32,000 nucleotides of DNA from Candidatus Saccharimonadota bacterium (lineage in GTDB: Archaea > Nanohalarchaeota > Nanosalinia > Nanosalinales > Nanosalinaceae), in the NCBI GenBank assembly GCA_001761425.1, contig CP012986.1:600001-632000 (forward strand), in the 5' to 3' direction. A program made the position numbers and the translations under genes. How positions within the stretch are numbered: position 1 is the first letter of the stretch; each line of letters starts with the position of its first letter. Positions 24,027 to 31,623 of this stretch are shown one piece after another. The notes beneath the pieces were generated by a model. The model was not told the DNA's origin, searched no databases, and was given only the letters and a program-made list of their open reading frames with translations.

Positions 24027-26764
24027 CAGAAGAATCACGTGAGGTCAGTCCTAACAGGCAACAGCAGAAACTTATAGATAACATTGAAGGCCTTTACCTG
24101 GTAAACGCCGGTGCAGGGACTGGAAAAACTTTTACTATAACTCATCGCTACATCGAGATACTGGATGAGGTGGAGCCGGAGGATATCTTCCTTGCTACCT
24201 TTACAAGGAACGCTGCGGACGAGATGGCAGAGAGGATTGTATCAGAATCTGATTACCAGGCCTCGGATATCTGGGATGCTCCGATCTCGACTTTTCACAG
24301 TCACTGCCAGAAGATACTGGAGAGAAACGGCTTTTCAGTGCCGGAGGAACTGGGAATCCAGGACAGCATAGAGAACATCGATGTCCTGGAAAGCCAGATA
24401 CGTGAACGCCAGGAATTCCACCGGTTCATGGACCGATTTATAGAAAACAACCCTGAGTACTCAAATTTCTACAGGATCTCACGTAACTACGATAATTTCC
24501 TGCACCTGATCAAATCCCTGGCCTCCAAAGGCATTATACCGGAGAAAGAAGGATGGTACCGCGACACAGAGGCCTTCCTCAACGGAGATAAAAAAGAGTT
24601 CATGGAGCTGTTCGAGGAAGCAAACAGGCCAAGACACAGCAGTAACGGCAAGAGACAGAGCGATCTTCGAAACAGGCTCTACAGCTACAGGTACAAGAAC
24701 TTTCCCGAAGACGCGCCGGAGGGAGAGGAAGTCCGCGGAGGATACGGTACAAAAACTGTGAGAAAGGATTTTGGGGAAAAGGCCTTTGAAGAGGATAGAG
24801 AAGAACTCAAGGCCTTTGTACATGATCTTTACTTCGAGTACGTCCGTTACTGTCTTTCAAGAAACTATCTTAATTTCTCGTTCCTGATGATGTTCGCCTA
24901 CGTCCTTCTGAGAGAAAATGAGTACGTCAGGAGGCAGGAGAGCTTCGAGTATATGATGATTGACGAGTTTCAGGATACTAACCCCCTCCAGTTCAAGCTT
25001 GCGTTGCTTCTGGCGGAGAGGCCTAATATAGCGGTTGTAGGTGACTGGAAGCAGAGTATTTACAGTTTCCAGTATGCTTCTGTAGAAAATATTCAGGAGT
25101 TCCGTCAGCGCCTGAAAGATTTCAGGGATGAGCTGAATCAGGAGAGGGAGAGAGTGAGTTTTTCCGTCGAAGGCGTCGAGGAGATCGAGCTGAGGAAAAA
25201 CTACCGCTCCACCCAGGACATACTGGACTATGCGGAGCAGAGTCTCCAGTTATCTGCGAATAAGTACGAGGAGGTCGATGAAAAAGATGTTACAGGCCTT
25301 GAATCTGAGATAGAGAATCAGGAGTCAAGTATTGAGAAATACATTGCTGAGGAAGAGGTAGAGGCCGTGCTGACAGAGATCCTTGAGATAGTTGACAACG
25401 AGGATTACAGGTATGGAGACGAGAACAAAAAGCTGGATTTCAGGGATATAGCAGTTCTGACCCGTACCCGTGGTTTCGGCCTTCAGCTCCAGGAGGAGGC
25501 CCGTGAACACGGTATCCCCGTCGCCTATGAGGGAGGTGTAGAACTTTTCAAGACGAATCCTGCGATCCTTCTCCTCGCGTGGCTCCGCGTACTTAACAAC
25601 GAGGATTCCAGGAAGGGCTGGGCTGTGATCCTTGAAGAAGCCGGTTACAGGCTTGAAGAAGCAAAGAAAATTCTCGATCCCGAGGAAGAAGAATACAAGT
25701 ATCCCGAGGATATGGAAGAGTTCCGGGAGCGTCTGGAAGGCCTTGAATCGATAAGTTCTGTAGCGAGAACGGTCTTCCACAGGTATGGATATTCGAACGC
25801 ATTCACTGACAAAATAATAGAAGTTCTAAGCAATGTTTTCACGTCAAGCTACATGAATCTAGGTGAACTGATCCAGTTCATACAGGAGAATATCGAGGAA
25901 AACGAGATATACGAGGTCGATTCATCGCGTAACAGGAATACCGTCAAAATACAGACGATACACGCAGCGAAAGGCCTTGAGTACCCTGCTGTCTTTATCT
26001 CGGACGTGAACCAGGGAAAGTTCCCGTCGAAGAACTCTGATTCCAAGGCTATCACCTATGCGGATCCTGTAGGCCTCAGGCAGAGAAAAATCTACAGGAA
26101 CGGAGGCCTTGCATTTGAGTATGATAACTGGAGGACTGAGATCCTCATGAAATGTCTTTCCGGGAACTACGATGAAGAGAGAAGGCTGATGTACGTCGCC
26201 ATGACCAGGGCACAGCAGCATCTCTTTATCACAGCGGAGAAGGATCGGGGATCAACGTTCTTTGAAGGCCTCAGTGGAGAACCGGAGCTGCTGGAAGCTG
26301 ATGTCGAGGATGTAAAAGTCGATAAAGAGGACCTGGAAGTATTCGAAGTGGAGAGTGTAAACTCAGAAAGAAATGAGCTGAGATCCGTCCATTCAGAACT
26401 TGATGTGGTTGAAGGAGATAAGGAAAAAGGCAACGGTCTACATGAGTTCGCTGAGGCCTATGCTAACGGAGAGGATGTAGAGGCCTCGAACAGCAGGGAA
26501 AAAGAGGTCAAGGAATTTATAGATTCCCTGGAAGGTGAGTTAGAGGCTGAAAAGCATGTCAGCATACCGGTTGACGGAAAAGTCTATGAAAGCGTGATAG
26601 ACCTGGTACACGTGACTGAGGAGAAAGTTGAGGTCATAGATTACAAGACGGACTCAAATCCTGATAACATGAAGGAGTACCAGAAACAGGTCGAATGCTA
26701 CAGGAAAGGCCTTGAACAAATATTTGACAGGCCTGTGGAGAAAAGGATAGTGACTCTGGAATGA
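24023..26764 (+). CDS. AddA/UvrD-family SF1 helicase with C-terminal PD-(D/E)xK nuclease
   Basis: Helicase motifs: GAGTGKT (I), MIDEFQDTN (II), VGDWKQSIYSFQYA (III), NYRS (IV), IHAAKGLEYPAVFI (V), LMYVAMTRAQQHLFI (VI). The C-terminal nuclease has GLHEFAE...IDLVH...VIDYKTD...QVECY. Confidence 0.9.
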   Translation: MTEESREVSPNRQQQKLIDNIEGLYLVNAGAGTGKTFTITHRYIEILDEVEPEDIFLATFTRNAADEMAERIVSESDYQASDIWDAPISTFHSHCQKILERNGFSVPEELGIQDSIENIDVLESQIRERQEFHRFMDRFIENNPEYSNFYRISRNYDNFLHLIKSLASKGIIPEKEGWYRDTEAFLNGDKKEFMELFEEANRPRHSSNGKRQSDLRNRLYSYRYKNFPEDAPEGEEVRGGYGTKTVRKDFGEKAFEEDREELKAFVHDLYFEYVRYCLSRNYLNFSFLMMFAYVLLRENEYVRRQESFEYMMIDEFQDTNPLQFKLALLLAERPNIAVVGDWKQSIYSFQYASVENIQEFRQRLKDFRDELNQERERVSFSVEGVEEIELRKNYRSTQDILDYAEQSLQLSANKYEEVDEKDVTGLESEIENQESSIEKYIAEEEVEAVLTEILEIVDNEDYRYGDENKKLDFRDIAVLTRTRGFGLQLQEEAREHGIPVAYEGGVELFKTNPAILLLAWLRVLNNEDSRKGWAVILEEAGYRLEEAKKILDPEEEEYKYPEDMEEFRERLEGLESISSVARTVFHRYGYSNAFTDKIIEVLSNVFTSSYMNLGELIQFIQENIEENEIYEVDSSRNRNTVKIQTIHAAKGLEYPAVFISDVNQGKFPSKNSDSKAITYADPVGLRQRKIYRNGGLAFEYDNWRTEILMKCLSGNYDEERRLMYVAMTRAQQHLFITAEKDRGSTFFEGLSGEPELLEADVEDVKVDKEDLEVFEVESVNSERNELRSVHSELDVVEGDKEKGNGLHEFAEAYANGEDVEASNSREKEVKEFIDSLEGELEAEKHVSIPVDGKVYESVIDLVHVTEEKVEVIDYKTDSNPDNMKEYQKQVECYRKGLEQIFDRPVEKRIVTLE

Positions 26765-26819
26765 CCTGGAAATCTTTGGTGCATCAGATTTTTTCTTCTC
26801 CGTATCGAGTTTAAAAGAA

Positions 26820-27233
26820 ATGGAGCACAAACGCTTAGACATGGACAGACAAATCCTTGCGGTATCTGCTGTGGTATTCCTGGCTGCTGTTGTAACAGGA
26901 TTTGCCCTCGGCTCGCCAGAAGAAAAAGCAGCTTCTACCTACCGGGAAGATGTCAGCTACACCGCCAATGCCAGCAATCCTATAGAGGAGGTCAGGTTCG
27001 ATGACAGGAACATAAGCCTGATCGTCCAGAGCGGTGAAAAAGCACAGTTCTTCATAGAAGCAGATAACGAAGTAGAACCTATACAAGGCCTCAAACACGA
27101 CGGAAACATAAACGAGTACTCAGAGTTCATCACACTTGAAGAAGATATGTACCTGTTGAACTTTCGGTACAGAGATGACTCCGAGGCCTCAGAAGATGAA
27201 TGGATAACACTTTACAGAATCACAAAACTCTAA
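26820..27233 (+). CDS. Membrane-anchored hypothetical protein
   Basis: 137 aa with a single N-terminal TM helix (ILAVSAVVFLAAVVTGFAL) followed by an acidic soluble domain. No motif recognised. Confidence 0.55.
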   Translation: MEHKRLDMDRQILAVSAVVFLAAVVTGFALGSPEEKAASTYREDVSYTANASNPIEEVRFDDRNISLIVQSGEKAQFFIEADNEVEPIQGLKHDGNINEYSEFITLEEDMYLLNFRYRDDSEASEDEWITLYRITKL

Positions 27234-27380
27234 TCCTCGAATATCCTTCCCAGTTTCTGAAGGCCTTCACTTCTTCTCCGATAATCCGTAGCTTCTACAG
27301 TTTCCAGAGTCTGGACCGGTCAAAGGTTGGGGCTACGTGAAGGTTTATGAACAGAAATGATCAATTAATCGACAGGGAAC

Positions 27381-27704
27381 ATGATTGAGTTACAGGTGCT
27401 AATTGAACTGAGCACAGCTTTAATCGCTGCATTGATCAGTATGGCTGCAGGTAAACTTTACTGGAACATCAAAGAGGATTCTGAAACTGTACTTACATCT
27501 TTCAAGCTGAGAGCGGATCTTACCCGATACGATTTCCTCGCATACCTGGTAGGGGAGCTTTTTCTCGTAATAACTTTTCTTATATATGTCGCAGGAGGCC
27601 TAATGGAAAACAAAGCCCTGGTACTGTTCTCAAGAGTACAGATCGTGGGCTTTCTCGGCGTGATAACCTACGGAGTGCTTAGAATGTGGTGGAGATCAAG
27701 ATGA
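27381..27704 (+). CDS. Small 3-TM membrane protein (paralog 1)
   Basis: 107 aa with three hydrophobic helices. It resembles the next ORF in layout and shares its KED-E and LT-KL motifs. Confidence 0.55.
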   Translation: MIELQVLIELSTALIAALISMAAGKLYWNIKEDSETVLTSFKLRADLTRYDFLAYLVGELFLVITFLIYVAGGLMENKALVLFSRVQIVGFLGVITYGVLRMWWRSR

Positions 27705-28156
27705 ACCTTATAATAACTCTATTCGCAGCACTTTCGGCATTGATTACCACGCTCATATTCTATTACAACCTGAAGATCGTCAATAAATTCAGAGAGGACG
27801 AAGAACTCACAGCAACAAAACTCGTGATCAAGGAAAGAGTACCAGACGCGTTCATGGCACTGTCAATATCATCACTGTTCTTCTCACTGGGAGCCTTCAT
27901 AGGAGCAACACTCATACTGTTCAGACTCCAGATATTCCAGTACTTCACAGAAATAGGGATCATCACCATGCTCGTAGGCCTGCTGACATTCATGAAAAGA
28001 ATAAGCGATGCAGTAACCGAAGGAAAGAAAGACGAAGTAGAAAACGAACAGAGAAAAGAAGAAAAATCAGAGCCTCAGGAAGACGAGAAAGAAAACATGG
28101 AAACCGAAAACGAGAAAGCCTCGAAAAAAGACTCTGAAGAAGAAAAAGAAGAATAA
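27701..28156 (+). CDS. Small 3-TM membrane protein (paralog 2) with E/K-rich tail
   Basis: I prefer the start at ATG 27701, which overlaps the upstream stop as ATGA. Three TM helices are followed by a low-complexity tail of about 45 aa rich in Glu and Lys. Confidence 0.55.
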   Translation: MNLIITLFAALSALITTLIFYYNLKIVNKFREDEELTATKLVIKERVPDAFMALSISSLFFSLGAFIGATLILFRLQIFQYFTEIGIITMLVGLLTFMKRISDAVTEGKKDEVENEQRKEEKSEPQEDEKENMETENEKASKKDSEEEKEE

Positions 28157-28162
28157 AGGCCT

Positions 28163-28957
28163 TTACCAGGGAGCGAACTCTGGATCTACCCTTCTATCTC
28201 TTCTCTCAAGGCCGTCGATCTTCTCGATGTCTTCCTCATCAAGTTCAAGGTCCAAGGCCCTGTAATTGTCCTCTATATGTTCTTCAGAAGTTGCCTTGGG
28301 AATCACAACAACATTGTCTTTCTGCATCAGCCAGGCAAGTGAAACCTGTGCAGGAGAAACACCGTGTTTCTCTGCGATATCTCTAAGCTCCGGGATCTCG
28401 AAGACCTTACCTCTCGCAAGAGGAGAGTAAGCCACCAGATAGATATCATGTTCTCTGCATTTCTCCAGGATCTCTTCCTGCTGGAGCAGAGGATGCATCT
28501 CAACCTGGTTCGCAACAATATGCTCGCCAGCAATCTCCATAGCCTCATCCACCTGCTCCGGTTCAAAGTTACTGATACCGATGTTATCGATTCTTCCCTC
28601 CTCTACAAGCTCCCTGAACGCACCCAGAGTCTCCTCAGGCCTGTAATCACCGGAAGGCCAGTGAACATACATCAAGTCAACGGAATCAACGCCAAGCTTA
28701 TCCAGACTCTCCTCTGTCGAGGCCTTAACCTTCTCAGCCGAGAGCTTATTGATCCAGACCTTTGAAGCAAGGAAAAAATCCTCTCTGTCTACATCCGCTG
28801 CTGAAAGGCCTTCGCCGACATCTTCCTCGTTGCTGTAGGCCTGGGCGGTATCGATATGCCTGTATCCCATGTCCAGCGCGGTTTTAACTGATTCACTGCA
28901 TTCTTTTGGGTTTGAGTTCTGCCAGGTGCCGAGACCAAGCTCAGGTATCTCTTTCAT
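28163..28957 (-). CDS. Aldo/keto reductase (DkgA-like)
   Basis: LGLGTWQ, GYRHIDTAQAY, LASKVW, LMYVHWP, IGISNF, NQVEMHP and VIPKATSEEHIEDN are canonical AKR motifs. I trimmed the start to MKEIPELGLGTWQ (ATG at 28957). The 61-aa upstream extension in the track is Cys/Ser-rich and not AKR-like. Confidence 0.93.
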   Translation of the reverse strand: MKEIPELGLGTWQNSNPKECSESVKTALDMGYRHIDTAQAYSNEEDVGEGLSAADVDREDFFLASKVWINKLSAEKVKASTEESLDKLGVDSVDLMYVHWPSGDYRPEETLGAFRELVEEGRIDNIGISNFEPEQVDEAMEIAGEHIVANQVEMHPLLQQEEILEKCREHDIYLVAYSPLARGKVFEIPELRDIAEKHGVSPAQVSLAWLMQKDNVVVIPKATSEEHIEDNYRALDLELDEEDIEKIDGLERRDRRVDPEFAPW

Positions 28958-29362
28958 AACACCAAGAAGAGGCCTCAGTGCTTTTACCTCTTGCTTTATT
29001 CTACCGGAACTGCCGGAAAGCTGTCTCTTTTCGTTTTTAATAGGGGGTTCGAATAATGAGGTGAGGGGAGAACAAATGAAACACATTGAGAAGGGGGAAC
29101 TTGACTTTCCAACACAGAAAACGCCGTTCGAGGCCTTCAACTCCAGGATAGAGGAGGGAACTATATGAGAGCCGAGGAGTTCCGGAGCCTTGAGGCCTTG
29201 CCAGGTGATCCTGATGAGGATCTGTCCGGATTAAGAAGGAGGTTTGCCATAAAGCTGAGGAGGTCTTTCGCCCGGGTATCTGGGTAGAGTCCTTCCCAAA
29301 GCTTTCTTTTTCCTACCGGAAACGGCGAAATTCCCTTAAGATTTGAGGTTTAATTACGGGTT

Positions 29363-30370
29363 ATGATTGTCCAGGATGCACGTGTTCTGCGCGATGACTT
29401 TATCCCGAAAGAGGTTGTCCACAGAGATTCCGAGGTACAGGAGCTTTCAAGAGCTCTGGAACCGCTGGTGGAAAATGAACAGGCGCGCAACATACTTCTG
29501 TACGGGCCTCCAGGAACAGGGAAAACCTGTCTTTCACAGTACGTCATGGAAAAACTGGAGGAGGAACTCCTTGACTTTAACTACATGTATATCAACTGCT
29601 GGGAAAACTACAACAGGTTCAAAGTCCTTTATAAAGCGTTAGAAGGAGTCGGGAAGACTTTACACGTCCACAGACAGTCAACACCTACAGATGAACTTTA
29701 TTCAAAGCTGAAAGATTACGACAGGGCACCTTATGTACTGATACTTGATGAGGTCGACCAGTTAGAGGATGAAAAAGTCCTTTACGATCTTCAAGGCCTT
29801 AACAACGTACATATCGTGATGATAGCGAACACCCAGGAATCTGTTTTCTACAACATGGATGACAGAGTCAGAAGCAGACTGATCGACTCGAAGAGAATCC
29901 AGTTCAAGGCTTACACCTCTGATCAGTTACAGGATATACTCATGGACCGTGCGGAGTGGGGTCTAGATTCTTCTGCTGTCGATTCTTCTCTTATCAAAAA
30001 GATCGCTCTCTCCTCGGAAGGTGATGCACGCATAGCGATTGGAGTTCTACGTGCAGCGGCCAGGATGGCTGAGGAAAGAGATAAGAAAGAGATTACCCGG
30101 GATATGATACAGGAAGCAGTTCCAGAAGCGAAGGACAACAACAAGAAGAAAAACGAAGAGAAACTGAACAACCACCAGGAGAAACTGTACGAAATAGTAA
30201 ACGAGGAAGAAGAGATCCAGCCCGGCGATCTCTACGAAAAATACAGAGAAGCCATGGATGAACCGAAAAGCGACAGGATGCTCAGAAAATACCTTCAGAA
30301 AATGGATCACTACAACCTGATAGAAGCCGAAGGAGAAGGTCGCTGGCGAAAATATCGGTCAGTGGAATGA
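29363..30370 (+). CDS. orc1: Orc1/Cdc6 replication initiator
   Basis: DDFIPKEVVHRDSE, LLYGPPGTGKT (Walker A), LILDEVDQL (Walker B), GDARIAIGVLR (sensor 2) and a C-terminal winged helix. At 335 aa it is short for the family. Confidence 0.93.
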   Translation: MIVQDARVLRDDFIPKEVVHRDSEVQELSRALEPLVENEQARNILLYGPPGTGKTCLSQYVMEKLEEELLDFNYMYINCWENYNRFKVLYKALEGVGKTLHVHRQSTPTDELYSKLKDYDRAPYVLILDEVDQLEDEKVLYDLQGLNNVHIVMIANTQESVFYNMDDRVRSRLIDSKRIQFKAYTSDQLQDILMDRAEWGLDSSAVDSSLIKKIALSSEGDARIAIGVLRAAARMAEERDKKEITRDMIQEAVPEAKDNNKKKNEEKLNNHQEKLYEIVNEEEEIQPGDLYEKYREAMDEPKSDRMLRKYLQKMDHYNLIEAEGEGRWRKYRSVE

Positions 30371-30777
30371 AAAAAGGAAGCTACATACTCCTCATAGAAC
30401 TGGAGGAAAAAGAAACAGTAAAAATAGGTCCTGGAAACCGGGAACTAGAGAAAGGATTCTACACCTACTTCGGCACTGCATTCGGACCCGGAGGCCTCAA
30501 AAGAGTAGAAAGACACAGCAAACAGGCCTCAGGAGAAAAAAATGTAAAACACTGGCATATCGACTACCTGACAACCCTGGAAAAATCAAGGATGATCAAG
30601 GCCGTGAAATTCCCGGAGAAAGACCTTGAATGCGAACTCGCATCTCAGGCACAAAACATGATAGAGGCCTTCGGATCCACAGACTGTAAATGCGGTTCAC
30701 ACCTCGCATACTTCCATGAAAGAGAGGAAGGAGAGGCCCTTCTGGAGAAGATGAAAGCGAAATACCTTAATTCTTAA
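30367..30777 (+). CDS. DUF123 protein (GIY-YIG nuclease superfamily)
   Basis: KGSYILLIEL...GFYTYFGTA...KHWHIDYL is the characteristic DUF123 pattern. ATGA overlap with the orc1 stop. Confidence 0.85.
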   Translation: MKKGSYILLIELEEKETVKIGPGNRELEKGFYTYFGTAFGPGGLKRVERHSKQASGEKNVKHWHIDYLTTLEKSRMIKAVKFPEKDLECELASQAQNMIEAFGSTDCKCGSHLAYFHEREEGEALLEKMKAKYLNS

Positions 30778-30802
30778 ATCCTGAGACCTTTCCCTCTGTT
30801 AA

Positions 30803-30943
30803 GGGCTCTTAGTTCAGTCTGGCAGAACGCCTGCTTCGCAACACCACTTGCTTGAATCTAGGTGAAAGCTGGAGGTTAGAGAAGAACAAAGATCTTCAAA
30901 GCGGAATAGCAGGAGGCCTCGGGTTCAAATCCCGAAGGGTCCA
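30803..30943 (+). tRNA. tRNA-Ala(CGC): tRNA-Ala (anticodon CGC) with an intron of about 67 nt at the canonical 37/38 position
   Basis: Hand fold: acceptor GGGCUCU/AGGGUCC including the G3:U70 alanine identity pair, D arm GUUC-AGUCUGGCA-GAAC, anticodon stem CCUGC/GCAGG with loop UUCGCA[intron]A, T arm UCGGG-UUCAAAU-CCCGA, discriminator A. CCA is not encoded. TATA-like ttaattcttaaat lies about 28 nt upstream. Confidence 0.85.
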
Positions 30944-31094
30944 AATTTATTTCGTCCAGGATTTGATATCCTCCGAGAAGATTCTCTGATCTTCGGACGG
31001 GTTCAAATCATCGAAAATTTCCCTGAGAAATTTTCTGGAGATGCAGAAACTCTGCGAGTTTCGAATCCCGAAGAGTCCAAGTTTATTCCGTCCA
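30920..31094 (+). repeat. Direct repeats derived from the tRNA-Ala 3' end plus downstream flank
   Basis: 30920-30958 and 31055-31094 align with 34 of 39 positions identical plus one 1-nt indel. A third partial copy at 30998-31009 (cgggttcaaatc) is identical to 30920-30931. Confidence 0.75.
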
Positions 31095-31109
31095 TGACTT
31101 TTCCTGGTT

Positions 31110-31469
31110 CTATGCAAGGTTTTCAGGCAATCTGTAGAACAGGTTTTTCCGCGGGTATGATTCGTTCGGCAGGTCCACATGTTTGACCTCTCTTTCAAGG
31201 AGTCCCTGTTCCACTGCTCCGTTCAACAGGTTTTCAAGCCGGTTCCAGTCACTTTCTCCAGCGATCTGTGCCGGTACCCCGCTGTATTCCCCGGTTTCTG
31301 CGTATTTTTCTCTAAGCTTTTTCATCGCGTCCAGAGTGTTGAACTCGTTTTCCTGTATATGACTGGAGTAAAGCCTGTCTCCTGAGTTGTAAAGGCCTCC
31401 AAGATCTTCTACCAGGTTATGTGCTGTATACTGTCCTGTATCTGCGTCCTGAGTTTCTGTGCCTGACAT
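31110..31469 (-). CDS. Hypothetical protein
   Basis: 119-aa ORF of acidic composition. No motif recognised. Confidence 0.5.
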   Translation of the reverse strand: MSGTETQDADTGQYTAHNLVEDLGGLYNSGDRLYSSHIQENEFNTLDAMKKLREKYAETGEYSGVPAQIAGESDWNRLENLLNGAVEQGLLEREVKHVDLPNESYPRKNLFYRLPENLA

Positions 31470-31592
31470 GGGAAAGTAGATATATACCTCACAGTTTAAA
31501 AAGTATTACGTCGTAATATCTTTTCTCTGCGTTCTACTTTACCGGGAAAACACAGGCCTTGATCTGGGAGGGGGATAGTTGATTTACAAAGG

Positions 31593-31602
31593 TTTTATTT
31601 AA
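31593..31602 (+). promoter_or_regulatory. TATA-like box
   Basis: ttttatttaa lies about 27 nt upstream of the ATG at 31624. Confidence 0.45.
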
Positions 31603-31623
31603 GGCCTTACGGAAGTTAGATGT

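Noticed and set aside
28958-29140. N-terminal 61-aa extension of the aldo/keto reductase ORF, and the plus-strand ORF at 28869-29168
   Set aside because: The extension is Cys/Ser/Phe-rich and absent from AKR family proteins, which begin close to the LGLGTWQ motif. The internal ATG at 28957 gives a canonical 264-aa AKR.
29165-29287. Unlisted 40-aa ORF (MRAEEFRSLEALPGDPDEDLSGLRRRFAIKLRRSFARVSG) upstream of orc1
   Set aside because: It is too short and has no motif or promoter support. It is noted only because this part of the intergenic region is more G+C-rich than expected for a DNA-unwinding element.
30840-30907. Box C/D guide RNA inside the tRNA-Ala intron
   Set aside because: I looked for C (RUGAUGA) and D (CUGA) boxes in the intron and found none.
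30947-31198. 83-aa minus-strand ORF covering the tRNA-fragment repeats
   Set aside because: It is basic and Cys/Arg-rich, overlaps the start of the better 31110-31469 ORF, and lies over repeat DNA derived from a tRNA. It is most likely non-coding.
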